Positions 21,150-30,867 of a stretch of 48,754 nt of DNA are shown here, piece after piece. The notes under the pieces are model-generated. The model was given only the letters and a program-made list of their open reading frames with translations. It searched no databases and was not told the DNA's origin. The position numbers and the translations under genes are program-made. Numbering within the stretch: position 1 is the first letter of the stretch; every line of letters begins with the position of its first letter. The stretch is taken from positions 14,226 to 62,979 of the forward strand of contig JACFMZ010000005.1 of assembly GCA_019455105.1 (NCBI GenBank), written 5' to 3'. This DNA is from Bacteroidota bacterium. GTDB lineage: Bacteria; Bacteroidota; Ignavibacteria; UBA10030; UBA8401.

Positions 21150-22041
21150 GATATATTTCTTCTTTTAATGTCTTCGAACGGATTTTTTCAAAAAGAAGAT
21201 CGGAAAATTCAGAAAGCAGAACGCCGATGATAATTAATGCGCCTCCGATTATTCCGCTGATCCCGAGAATCTCCCTGAGAAGAAAATAGGCTAAGACGGC
21301 GGCAATAACCGGTTCTAAAGTAAAAATAATTACGGCACGAGTCGGCGTTGTTTCTTTTTGAAATCGTGTTTGTGAATAGGTTGTTATAACCGTTGCAAAA
21401 AATCCCATATAAAACAGAACAAGAACGGTGTTCCAGGAAAGTTGAATTCTAATTACTTCAAACGGAACACAAAGCGCCGCAACAATTGCTGTGCTGACAA
21501 TTTGAATAAAAGAAAGCTGAAACGGATCAATACCTTTTGATAAAATATCCATGTAAACAATAAATACCCCGAAAACGATGGCTGAGAGCAAAACGAGCGC
21601 GTCGCCGAAATTAAATTCTGAACCATCAGGTGTTGTTAATAAATATAAACCTATAGTTACGGTAATAATTCCGAGTATATTGCCGAGTTTGGGTGCGCGC
21701 TTTTCGATAATCAACTGAGCAAGCGGTGTAAAAATTACCATCAGCCCGGTAATGAATGCAGCTTTTGATGCGGTGGTTTGATAGATGCCGTAATTTTGAA
21801 TGACCATACCGGCGCCTAACATTCCGCCGAGAATCATTCCATTTCTAAGAGTTATTTTCGAAATGTTTTTTAATTTCTTTCTAAACAATAATAAAAAGAA
21901 TATCGTACCCAGGCAAAATCTTATAAAAATATATATTGATGAGGAAAAAGATTCTGATAAAATTTTTGCTGCAACAAAGGTGCTTCCCCAAATAAACGTT
22001 GTCGCCAACAATGCGCTTTCGGCGCGGGTTTGTATTGTCAT
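21142..22041 (-). CDS. DMT/EamA family transporter (about 10 TM)
   Basis: IWGSTF, TTASKAAFITGL, GDAL, IFTLEPV.A; start ATG 22041 in an ATGA overlap with the upstream SDR. Confidence 0.9.
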   Translation of the reverse strand: MTIQTRAESALLATTFIWGSTFVAAKILSESFSSSIYIFIRFCLGTIFFLLLFRKKLKNISKITLRNGMILGGMLGAGMVIQNYGIYQTTASKAAFITGLMVIFTPLAQLIIEKRAPKLGNILGIITVTIGLYLLTTPDGSEFNFGDALVLLSAIVFGVFIVYMDILSKGIDPFQLSFIQIVSTAIVAALCVPFEVIRIQLSWNTVLVLFYMGFFATVITTYSQTRFQKETTPTRAVIIFTLEPVIAAVLAYFLLREILGISGIIGGALIIIGVLLSEFSDLLFEKIRSKTLKEEIYHG

Positions 22042-22772
22042 TGTAAATCCAATTTCTTTACAAGAGATTCCGGAATAAGCGTAAACGCCAACATAATGTA
22101 TCTCCAGAACCATTTTGAATAAATAAAGTCTTTTCCTTTTTGCTGCGCAATAAAAATATCTCGAGCAACTCGTTCAGGAACAGCCGTAATAATTTCTGCG
22201 GTCTTCTTTCCTTCAATCATTTTTGTTCTGATAAATCCGGGATGTACGGTTAATACCTGAATCCGAGATGAATATAACCGATTTCGCAGTCCGGAAAGGA
22301 ATGTTGTAAATCCCGCTTTTGCACTGGCATACACGTAGTTCGATTTTCGACCGCGCTCTCCGGCAACAGAGCTTATGCCGACGATAAATCCTTCCTTTCG
22401 TTTTTCAAAATCATTTGCAGCAATATGAATGACGGATGTCAGACCGACATAATTAGCATTGATAATAGCGCTTGCCTCCGCAAAATCAATCTCCGCTTTT
22501 TTTTGGTCTCCGAGTATTCCGGCAAGAGTAATAATGCCGTAGGGTTTTACGGGTAATTGATCATAAAATTTTTGATGCGATAGAACATCAGTAACATCAA
22601 ATTTATACGCACGCACATCTACGGAAAACCTTATTGCTAGGTCATTCGCATCACGAACAAGCTTTTCGTAATTTCTGCTCGCTAGATAAATGCCATATCC
22701 TTTTTTGGCATATAATGAAGCTAAAGGGCGAGTAATATCAGACCCGGCGCCGATGAATAAAATATACTTCAT
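22038..22772 (-). CDS. DprE2-like SDR (polyprenylphosphoryl-2-keto-pentofuranose reductase)
   Basis: IGAGSDI, ISSVAGERGRKSNYVYASAKAG, PGFIRTKM; coupled to the dprE1-like gene. Confidence 0.82.
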   Translation of the reverse strand: MKYILFIGAGSDITRPLASLYAKKGYGIYLASRNYEKLVRDANDLAIRFSVDVRAYKFDVTDVLSHQKFYDQLPVKPYGIITLAGILGDQKKAEIDFAEASAIINANYVGLTSVIHIAANDFEKRKEGFIVGISSVAGERGRKSNYVYASAKAGFTTFLSGLRNRLYSSRIQVLTVHPGFIRTKMIEGKKTAEIITAVPERVARDIFIAQQKGKDFIYSKWFWRYIMLAFTLIPESLVKKLDLQ

Positions 22773-24082
22773 ATTTCCAGCCGCCGAGATTGTAGGGATT
22801 GAAATTTATTCTCTTTATCAATTCTTCGCTTCACTATTTGAAATGAAGGGAGATCATTTCGATATCCATGCTTAAATACTTCAGTACTCATGCGGGAATC
22901 TTTTGTAAGATATATTCTGCCGTTATATTTCATCACCACTTCATCGAGTTTCTGAAAAAGTTGAAACACGCTATTACGAACGGGAAAATCCAGTGCAAGC
23001 GTGTATCCTTCTTGCGGAAACGATAAGATGCCATTTTGCTTTCCAAATAATTTTAATACGCCCAGCGGAGAACCTTCACCGCTTTTCGAAATTATTTCCA
23101 ACAATTCTTTTATTGCTTCGTAGGAACTCTCTTTTGAAAAGAGGCATTGATACTGTGCTAAACCGTTTTTTCCGTAAAGTCTATTCCAATGCAAGATTGA
23201 ATCCAGCGGATAAAAGAATGTATTGTAATCTATTATTGAAGGAACAAATCCATATTTTAGATTCCAGATTTCATTAAATATTTTTACGGAAAACGCTGAT
23301 AACGAAATATTTGGGAAATTAAACGGTATGTTGAATTTCATTTTTTCCGGAAGTATCAGCGGATTCTTGACTGCGGGAATTTCTTTTGCAAGTGCATGTT
23401 CGCCGCGAATCATCACTGAGCGTCCTAAATGATTTCCTTTTTGAAGACAGTCAATCCATGCAACGGTATATGTTGAATTATTAGAGGCTTCAAATAGTTG
23501 AAATATCTGTTCAAGATTCTTTGCCTTTTCAATCTTCTGCCGAATATAGGCAGTTTCAATTTTTATTAATTGAAATGTTGCTTCAAGAATAATTCCTGTT
23601 AATCCCATACCGCCGCATGTTGCTTCAAAAATATCTCTGTTTTCTTCCTTAGAACAGAAAATTATCTTTCCATCCGACAGCATTAATCTTAATGAATGAA
23701 CATAATTGCAAAATGAACCGGCTTGATGATGATTTTTGCCGTGCACATCGGAAGCAACGGCTCCGCCGATTGTAACGAATTTTGTTCCAGGTGTAACCGG
23801 TAGAAACCAGCCGCGCGGAACAAAGACATCGAGAATTTCTTCCAGCGATACTCCCGCTTCGCAGCAAAGAATTCCGTTTTTCTCATCAAAGGAGACTATA
23901 TGATTCAGACGTGTCGTGGAAATTATTTTTTCGTTCAACGAAGAATCGCCGTAACATCTCCCCAACCCGCGTGCGATAAGCGAAGGAGAACGCAGCGCAA
24001 TCTGCTTTACTTGATCGTACGATGAGGGCGTTACCATTTCTGCATCAATAACAGGATAATTTCCCCAATTTGATATTTTCAT
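22769..24082 (-). CDS. DprE1-like FAD-dependent polyprenylphosphoryl-ribose oxidase
   Basis: ARGLGRCYGD, PVTPGTKFVTIGGAVASDVHGKNHH, GGMGLTG, FFYPLD..WNRLYG, LSFP..GYTLALDF, YLTKDSR; start ATG 24082. Confidence 0.88.
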   Translation of the reverse strand: MKISNWGNYPVIDAEMVTPSSYDQVKQIALRSPSLIARGLGRCYGDSSLNEKIISTTRLNHIVSFDEKNGILCCEAGVSLEEILDVFVPRGWFLPVTPGTKFVTIGGAVASDVHGKNHHQAGSFCNYVHSLRLMLSDGKIIFCSKEENRDIFEATCGGMGLTGIILEATFQLIKIETAYIRQKIEKAKNLEQIFQLFEASNNSTYTVAWIDCLQKGNHLGRSVMIRGEHALAKEIPAVKNPLILPEKMKFNIPFNFPNISLSAFSVKIFNEIWNLKYGFVPSIIDYNTFFYPLDSILHWNRLYGKNGLAQYQCLFSKESSYEAIKELLEIISKSGEGSPLGVLKLFGKQNGILSFPQEGYTLALDFPVRNSVFQLFQKLDEVVMKYNGRIYLTKDSRMSTEVFKHGYRNDLPSFQIVKRRIDKENKFQSLQSRRLEI

Positions 24083-24089
24083 AAAGTGA

Positions 24090-24118
24090 AATGTACAAAA
24101 AGATATGGTGTTAATGAA
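24090..24118 (-). promoter_or_regulatory. Possible internal promoter for the dprE1-like gene
   Basis: TTCATT-N17-TACATT ending 7 nt before the ATG; no Shine-Dalgarno seen. Confidence 0.3.
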
Positions 24119-24153
24119 GTGTTTTCCTGAAGAATTGTCCGCTGAACGAGTAA

Positions 24154-25026
24154 CTAAAAATAGTATATAATGGCAATACAGGTAAACAACCAAAGCAGCA
24201 GGTTTATACTCATTGCTTTATCGTGGAAAAGAACTAAAGCAGGGTTCTCTCCTTCTTCTTTACTGAGCACTAAAAATAAATACCGAAATATTCCAAATAG
24301 AACAAATACCGATGTGAAAATAAGATTATCAGAACCGAAAATTTTTATCGTTCTGTCCGCCATAGTATAAAGCGCGTATGAAATTGCTGTTCCGGTGGCG
24401 GTAATCATTAAAATCATGTCAAGAAATCCGATGGAGTAATCTTCGAGCACTTTTCTTTTTGTTTCAATCCGGAGTTTCTTCATCAACAAAAATTCTCCTC
24501 GTCGTTTGGAAGCAGCTAAAAAGAGAGAAAGAAATAATGTCGTAATGATAATCCAGTGAGAAATCTGAACGTGAATAGCGAATGCTCCGCTGAAAACCCG
24601 AAGCATAAAACCTAACGCAATAATAAAAATATCAACAATTACGATATGCTTGAATTTAAATGAATAGGCAAATTGAAATGCAATATAAAGAAAAATTGCA
24701 ATAAGAAATTCATTAGTAAGCTGTAAGGCAATAATGAGGACAATTACGATGAACACCATTGCAATGCTTACCGCTGAAGAAACGGATATTTCGCCTGAAG
24801 CTATTGGTCGTTTCTTCTTTTCTGGATGTTGTTTATCTGACTCCTTATCAACAATATCATTAATACAATAAATTGAGCTTGAAGCTAAACAGAATGCAAT
24901 AAATGCAAGAACGCTTTTAAAGAAATAGTTCGGCTCAAACAAATGCTGTGAAAAGATTAACGGAAAAAATACAAAAGTATTTTTTATCCATTGCAGGGGC
25001 CGAAGCAGTTGAATGTATGGTTTCAT
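24154..25026 (-). CDS. Polyprenyl-phosphate phosphoribosyltransferase (UbiA family, Rv3806c/NoeC type)
   Basis: LLRPLQWIKN, Y.INDIVD.ESD..HPEKKKRPIASG, YSFKFKH, GFMLRV..G, KRRGE, GIFRY, EGENP. Confidence 0.88.
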   Translation of the reverse strand: MKPYIQLLRPLQWIKNTFVFFPLIFSQHLFEPNYFFKSVLAFIAFCLASSSIYCINDIVDKESDKQHPEKKKRPIASGEISVSSAVSIAMVFIVIVLIIALQLTNEFLIAIFLYIAFQFAYSFKFKHIVIVDIFIIALGFMLRVFSGAFAIHVQISHWIIITTLFLSLFLAASKRRGEFLLMKKLRIETKRKVLEDYSIGFLDMILMITATGTAISYALYTMADRTIKIFGSDNLIFTSVFVLFGIFRYLFLVLSKEEGENPALVLFHDKAMSINLLLWLFTCIAIIYYF

Positions 25027-25041
25027 TAATTTATTAAAAAA

Positions 25042-26709
25042 TTAAAATACTGCCGGTTCTTCATAAATGCCGAAATGCTCAACAAGCGCATGACACATTT
25101 CTCCAAGTGTAACATATGAGCGGGCAGCTTCAATAAAATACGGCATAAGATTTTTCCCATCAACGGCGGCTTGTTGTAATGCTGCCAATGATTGTTCAGC
25201 AGTTTCTTTATTTCGGCTCTGTCGTAATTCTGCAATTTGTTTCTTTTGTTTTATTTCCACTTCTCTCGATATGGAAAGAATGGGAATCTCAAGCTTTTCA
25301 TCTTCTTCAATATATTCATTCACACCGACAATAATTTTTTCTTTTTTATCAAGCTCGTATTGATAACGGTATGCGGCTTCTGCAATTTCGCGTTGGAAGA
25401 AACCTTGTTCAATGGCTGGAATAACACCGCCGAGAAGTTCAATTTTGTCAAAATACTGCTCGGCTTCTTCTTCCATTTTTGCTGTCAGCGATTCCACATA
25501 ATAACTTCCACCGAGAGGATCGATAATATTTGCTACACCGGTTTCTTCAGCAATAATTTGCTGAGTGCGTAATGCGATTTTTACGGCTTTATCCGAAGGA
25601 AGCGCAAGCGTTTCATCCATAGAATTTGTATGGAGCGATTGAGTTCCCCCTAACACTCCTGCCAGCGCCTGCAGCGCTGTTCTTACAATGTTGTTTTCAG
25701 GCTGCTGTGCGGTAAGCGTGCAGCCGGCGGTTTGCGTATGAAAACGTAAGATCCACGATTTCGGATTCATTGCTCCGTATTTATATCGCATTCTCTTTGC
25801 AAAAATTTTTCGTGCTGCCCTGTATTTGGCGATCTCTTCAAAAAAATCTAAGTGAGAATTAAAGAAAAAAGAAATACGCGGTGCAAAATCATCAACATTC
25901 ATTCCGGCAGCAATTCCGGCTTCTATGTACGCAAAACCATCGGCAAGAGTAAATGCAAGTTCCTGGACAGCCGTTGAACCAGCTTCCCGTATGTGATAGC
26001 CCGACACAGAGATAGGATTGAATTGCGGAAGTTCTTTCGAACAATATTGAAACATATCCGTAATAATTCTCATTGAAGGAGTCGGCGGATAGATCCACTC
26101 TTTTTGTGCAATATATTCTTTCAGAATATCGTTTTGAATCGTTCCGCGAAGTTGATGAGATTTAACTCCTTGTTTTTCTGCAACCGCAATATAAAATGCA
26201 AGCACCATTGCAGCGGGAGCATTAATTGTCATAGATGTGGAAACTTGGTCAAGCGGAATTCCTTTAAAGAGCGTTTCCATATCCGCGAGTGAACTGACTG
26301 AAACACCGCAGATTCCTACTTCCCCTTCTGAAAAAGGATCATCGGCATCTCTTCCCATTAAGGTAGGAAGGTCAAATGCCGTGGAAAGTCCTGTTTGTCC
26401 GTGTTCTAAAAGATATTTGAAGCGTTGATTTGTATCTTCAGGAGTTCCGAAGCCTGCAAACTGACGCATCGTCCAAAGTTTTCCGCGGTAGCCGGTATTA
26501 TGAATTCCGCGCGTATAAGGAAATTCTCCCGGAAAACCGATTTCAGCAAGATAATTTATTTCCTTTATGTCTTCCGGCGTGTAAAGAATATCTGTCGGCT
26601 TGCCGCTTACGGTAGTAAACTTTGCATTGCGAACCTTGCCTTTGTTCGCTTTTTCTTTGTATGCTGATGTTTCTTTTAAGATCGCATCAGCGTCGTTTAT
26701 AGTTGGCAT
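25042..26709 (-). CDS. B12-dependent acyl-CoA mutase large (substrate-binding) subunit with isobutyryl-CoA mutase signature
   Basis: [51 protein letters not shown]; no cobalamin-binding domain; GGAG upstream of ATG 26709. Confidence 0.88.
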   Translation of the reverse strand: MPTINDADAILKETSAYKEKANKGKVRNAKFTTVSGKPTDILYTPEDIKEINYLAEIGFPGEFPYTRGIHNTGYRGKLWTMRQFAGFGTPEDTNQRFKYLLEHGQTGLSTAFDLPTLMGRDADDPFSEGEVGICGVSVSSLADMETLFKGIPLDQVSTSMTINAPAAMVLAFYIAVAEKQGVKSHQLRGTIQNDILKEYIAQKEWIYPPTPSMRIITDMFQYCSKELPQFNPISVSGYHIREAGSTAVQELAFTLADGFAYIEAGIAAGMNVDDFAPRISFFFNSHLDFFEEIAKYRAARKIFAKRMRYKYGAMNPKSWILRFHTQTAGCTLTAQQPENNIVRTALQALAGVLGGTQSLHTNSMDETLALPSDKAVKIALRTQQIIAEETGVANIIDPLGGSYYVESLTAKMEEEAEQYFDKIELLGGVIPAIEQGFFQREIAEAAYRYQYELDKKEKIIVGVNEYIEEDEKLEIPILSISREVEIKQKKQIAELRQSRNKETAEQSLAALQQAAVDGKNLMPYFIEAARSYVTLGEMCHALVEHFGIYEEPAVF

Positions 26710-26774
26710 TACTTCTCTCTCCGATTTTGTAAATCGTTCAGTGTATTTCAATGATCTGTTTGATCATTTTTGAA

Positions 26775-27059
26775 TTATTCTACGGCTCGGACTTTTAAGA
26801 TATCTTCACCGTCAATCATTTTTTTGAAACGCGGTACAAATTCTTTGTAATGGGTTGTTTGCACATGACGATCAATAGCAGACTGATCTTTCCATTCTTC
26901 AAAAAAGAAAAAAGAATTTTCATCAGTTACATCTTGGTAAAGAGTGTAGCTAAGGCATCCTTCTTCTTTACGGGATGGTTCCAACATTCCCCTGCAGAGT
27001 TCCAGAAGCTGATTTCGAAATTCTTTTTTTGCTTTGAAATGAACAGTTATAATTTTCAT
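26775..27059 (-). CDS. Antibiotic biosynthesis monooxygenase (ABM)/putative quinol monooxygenase
   Basis: SRKEEGCLSY.L, F.F.EEW.D..A..H..T.H. Confidence 0.85.
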   Translation of the reverse strand: MKIITVHFKAKKEFRNQLLELCRGMLEPSRKEEGCLSYTLYQDVTDENSFFFFEEWKDQSAIDRHVQTTHYKEFVPRFKKMIDGEDILKVRAVE

Positions 27060-28891
27060 GTTCTGAAAAACCTTCTGTCGAGTTCTAATAATGATATTTT
27101 AATAATCACCGGTCTTCCGTGCGGGCAGACATACGGCATTTTTGCAGCGAAAAGCTGATTGATGAGTGAACGCATTTCGATATCGTTGAGCTTCTCTCCT
27201 GCTTTTATTGCCGCTTTACAGGAAAAGGACTTTGCTATATTATCCCGCGCGTCTAATTTTACGCGAAGCTGATTATTTTTAAATTCATCCAGAATATCCT
27301 GAAGAATTCCTGTTTCCGTTCCAGACTTCACTTCGGGCGGAACTCCTTCAAGGACAAACGTATTTTTTCCGAATGGTTTAATTTCAAAACCAATGGAAGT
27401 TAAAAAGGGAAGAACTTCTTTCAGTAATGTATAATCACCGGAATGGAGTTCCAACGTATGAGGAAATAACAATTGCTGCGAAGCCGGCAGTGCATTGTGC
27501 AGACGCTGTAAGGCGCGTTCATACAAAATTCGCTCATGAGCAACATGTTGATCGATAATCATAACACCGGCAGCCGTTTGAATGAAAATATATTTGTTGT
27601 GCAATTGCCAAATCGGCTGTCCTTCATAAAGTTCAAGTTCATCTTGTTTGTTCTGTTCTGCCGGCGGTAATTTTTCCTGATCTGACGAAAGAACGGTAGA
27701 AAATATTTTATCCAATGTATTGGTGAGATTAAAAGGAAGCTCATCGACATTTGATTGTCCGGCAGCAGTAAATTCCAACGAAGGCGCAGGAAATGATGAT
27801 CTTGAACCGGTTATTTCATCCAATCGCGGTTGAGCGGTATGGCGGAGCGGCGAAAATTCAGTAAATGCGCGATTGGTCTGAAATTCAACGGAAGGAACAA
27901 CATTATTTTGTCCGAGCGCTTTTCGAATGACCGACATAACAAAACGGTAAATACTTTGTTCATCTGAAAATTTTACTTCCATTTTTGAAGGATGAACATT
28001 GATATCAACTTTTCGCGGATCGATATCAATAAACAATACAAAAAAAGGAAAGTTGCCTTTTTCTACAAGATGTTCATATCCCGAATAGACAGCATGATTG
28101 ATTGCACGGTTAATAATAAATCGGTTGTTCAGAAAGAGATATTGATCAACTTTTGACTTGCGGGCAAAATCCGGTTTGCCGATATAGCCGTGAACTGAAA
28201 GCAAATCTGTTGTTTCATTTACCGGAATGAGCGTTGCAAAATGTCTGTCGCCGAAAAGCATTTGCAGGCGCTCCACGAGAGTTTCGGATTCCAGGGAAAG
28301 AATGGAATCTTCATCGCTGGTAAAGTCAATGGCAATTTCCGGATATGATAAGGCAGTCCGCTGCACAGTATCATAGATATGCTTAAATTCTGTGTTGTTT
28401 GATTTTAAAAATTGCAGCCGGGCGGGCGTGTTAAAAAAAAGATTTTTTACCGTAATTGTTGTTCCGCGGGTTTGTGCAGTTTTTGATTTTTCTTTTATCA
28501 CGCTTCCTTCAATCAGCAATAAGGTTGCCGCTTCATCTTCTTCTCTGCGCGTTTTTACTTCCACCTGAGCTACAGCGGCAATGGAAGCAAGTGCTTCACC
28601 GCGAAAGCCGAGGGTTCGAATATTTTCTAAATCTTCATAATGAGATATTTTACTGGTAGCATGTCTTAAAAATGCTTTTTCAACATCCTCCTCACTCATT
28701 CCGGCGCCGTTATCGGAAACTTGTATGAACAGCTTACCGGCACTTTTGATTATAAGAGAAATTTCTGTTGCGCCTGCATCAATAGAATTTTCCAGCAGCT
28801 CTTTCACAACCGATTCAGGACGCTGAACCACTTCACCGGCAGCAATTTTGTTTGCTAAATTTTCCGGCAGTATGTTAATAACGGATTGCAT
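27056..28891 (-). CDS. mutL: DNA mismatch repair endonuclease MutL
   Basis: IAAGEVVQRP, TLGFRGEALASI, DINVHPSK.EV, DQHVAHERILYE, SCK.AIK, CPHGRP. Confidence 0.97.
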   Translation of the reverse strand: MQSVINILPENLANKIAAGEVVQRPESVVKELLENSIDAGATEISLIIKSAGKLFIQVSDNGAGMSEEDVEKAFLRHATSKISHYEDLENIRTLGFRGEALASIAAVAQVEVKTRREEDEAATLLLIEGSVIKEKSKTAQTRGTTITVKNLFFNTPARLQFLKSNNTEFKHIYDTVQRTALSYPEIAIDFTSDEDSILSLESETLVERLQMLFGDRHFATLIPVNETTDLLSVHGYIGKPDFARKSKVDQYLFLNNRFIINRAINHAVYSGYEHLVEKGNFPFFVLFIDIDPRKVDINVHPSKMEVKFSDEQSIYRFVMSVIRKALGQNNVVPSVEFQTNRAFTEFSPLRHTAQPRLDEITGSRSSFPAPSLEFTAAGQSNVDELPFNLTNTLDKIFSTVLSSDQEKLPPAEQNKQDELELYEGQPIWQLHNKYIFIQTAAGVMIIDQHVAHERILYERALQRLHNALPASQQLLFPHTLELHSGDYTLLKEVLPFLTSIGFEIKPFGKNTFVLEGVPPEVKSGTETGILQDILDEFKNNQLRVKLDARDNIAKSFSCKAAIKAGEKLNDIEMRSLINQLFAAKMPYVCPHGRPVIIKISLLELDRRFFRT

Positions 28892-29907
28892 TATGCTAAT
28901 GGAGTTACTCCTAACCCCGGTTTGTTCTGCAGAATCATTTTTCCTTTGGTATTTCTAATACCCTCGAACGGATCATTGCTGATAAGAACATTTCCGTCCA
29001 AATCACAGTAATCAAGAAGCGGAGAAAGCTGCGCGCCGGCAGAAATAGCGACGGCTGTTTCAATCATACAGCCCATCATTATTTTTAAGCCGGTTGCCTG
29101 TGCGGTATGAATCATTTTCATTGCTTCACGCAGTCCGGTGCATTTCATTAACTTAATATTAATACCGGAATATGCCTGGGCAAGTTTCGGAATATCGGAA
29201 AGCCGAATGACGCTCTCATCGCCTATTAACGGAAGATGAGAATGTTCGCGCAGCCATTGAATATCATCAAATTGGGCAGCGGGCATCGGCTGTTCAACAA
29301 AAACAACATTCTGATCCTGCAGCCATTTTACCGACTCTAATGCTTTTTCTCTGGTCTTCCATCCTTCGTTGGCATCAACATAAAGCGGTTTATCGGTAAT
29401 TTTTCTTATTGTTTCAATCATCTCCTTATCGTTATCTAAACCGACTTTTACTTTTAAAATTGGATATTCTTCTGCTTCACGAATTTTTTGTTTAACAATT
29501 TCTTTTGAATCAATGGCAATAGTGAACGAACAAAGCGGTGCATTGGCAGGATTCAATCCCCACATTTTCCAAAGCGGAACATCTAATTTTTTCCCGATCC
29601 AATCGTGCAATGCAAGATCGACGGCGCATTTTGCGGCGGTATTTCCTATAGAAATTGAATCAACATATTTGAGAATATCATCAATGAAGAATAAAGAATC
29701 GAAACGAGATAAATTAATTTTGGAAAAGAATGCTTCAATTGTTTCCACTGATTCGCCGTACCGGGATGAAGGAGACGCTTCCCCATAGGCAATGATGCCG
29801 TCGTGTTCTAAAGTAAGAATAACCACCGGAGCGGTATCCCGAGCGCTCCGAGAAATTCTAAATGTGTGTTTTAATTTCAAGTCGTATTGTTTCCAGGAGA
29901 GTTTCAT
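28891..29907 (-). CDS. Dipeptide (L-Ala-D/L-Glu) epimerase, enolase superfamily
   Basis: KVK, DANEGW, EQP, GDES, NIKLMK, GCMIE, DLDG. Confidence 0.9.
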   Translation of the reverse strand: MKLSWKQYDLKLKHTFRISRSARDTAPVVILTLEHDGIIAYGEASPSSRYGESVETIEAFFSKINLSRFDSLFFIDDILKYVDSISIGNTAAKCAVDLALHDWIGKKLDVPLWKMWGLNPANAPLCSFTIAIDSKEIVKQKIREAEEYPILKVKVGLDNDKEMIETIRKITDKPLYVDANEGWKTREKALESVKWLQDQNVVFVEQPMPAAQFDDIQWLREHSHLPLIGDESVIRLSDIPKLAQAYSGINIKLMKCTGLREAMKMIHTAQATGLKIMMGCMIETAVAISAGAQLSPLLDYCDLDGNVLISNDPFEGIRNTKGKMILQNKPGLGVTPLA

Positions 29908-30857
29908 GGCTGTTCCTTTTCAAATAATGCTTCGACAAATTTCTTTGAATTAAATGGCTGAAGATCGTCAATCTTTTCGCCGACACCGATAAAACGGACA
30001 GGAATTTTCAACGCATTGCAAATAGCGAAAATCACTCCTCCTTTCGCGGTTCCGTCTAATTTCGTAACGACAATACCGGTTAAGCCGACAGCATCATTAA
30101 ATTGTTTTGCCTGCTGAATTGCATTTTGCCCGGTTGTTGCATCAATAACGAGTAAAACTTCGTGAGGCGCATCGGAAACTACTTTGGTAATAACGCGTTT
30201 AATTTTTTTTAATTCTTCCATCAAATTTGTTTTAGTGTGAAGCCGTCCTGCGGTGTCGATAATAACGATATCAGTTTCCCGAGCTTTTGCTGCCTGCACG
30301 GTATCAAATGCTACTGCTGCAGGATCGGAGCCCTGCATCTGTTGAATTATCTGCACATCTGCTCTCTTCGCCCAAACTTCCAATTGTTCGTTTGCAGCGG
30401 CGCGAAAAGTATCTGCAGCCCCGATTAATACTTTCTTACCGGAAGATTTATAATTATACGCCAGCTTGCCGATTGTTGTTGTTTTTCCGACGCCGTTTAC
30501 GCCGACGACCATAATAACGTACGGTTTATTTTGAGATACTAATTGAAACGGGTCATCCACATCGTGTGATGTTTGAAAAAGATTTTCAGCAATTTCGGAG
30601 CGGACAAGTTCATCAAGTTCTTCAGGAGATTCGTACTTATGAGACTTTGCTTTCTCTTTAATGTTATCCAAAATTCTGGATGACGCATCAACCCCGACAT
30701 CACAAGAGATAAGAATTTCTTCCAACTGATCAAGAAATTCTTTATCAATTTTTCCTTTTGCAAAGACTAAACGATTAACTTTTGCAACGAGTGAATCGCG
30801 GGTTTTTGTTAACCCTTCCTTTAAGCGTGATAATTTAAATGTATCGAAAAATCCCAA
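29904..30857 (-). CDS. ftsY: SRP receptor FtsY
   Basis: GVNGVGKTTTIGK, DTFRAAA, DTAGR, TKLDGTAKGG; TTG start. Confidence 0.97.
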   Translation of the reverse strand: MGFFDTFKLSRLKEGLTKTRDSLVAKVNRLVFAKGKIDKEFLDQLEEILISCDVGVDASSRILDNIKEKAKSHKYESPEELDELVRSEIAENLFQTSHDVDDPFQLVSQNKPYVIMVVGVNGVGKTTTIGKLAYNYKSSGKKVLIGAADTFRAAANEQLEVWAKRADVQIIQQMQGSDPAAVAFDTVQAAKARETDIVIIDTAGRLHTKTNLMEELKKIKRVITKVVSDAPHEVLLVIDATTGQNAIQQAKQFNDAVGLTGIVVTKLDGTAKGGVIFAICNALKIPVRFIGVGEKIDDLQPFNSKKFVEALFEKEQP

Positions 30858-30867
30858 TGAAAACCCC

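Noticed and set aside
2289-26751. Long N-terminal extensions in the ORF track (SDR, yqeY, GAF, trpE, EamA, dprE1-like, mutase)
   Set aside because: They overlap upstream genes or promoters; downstream ATGs fit family N-termini, coupling or RBS better.
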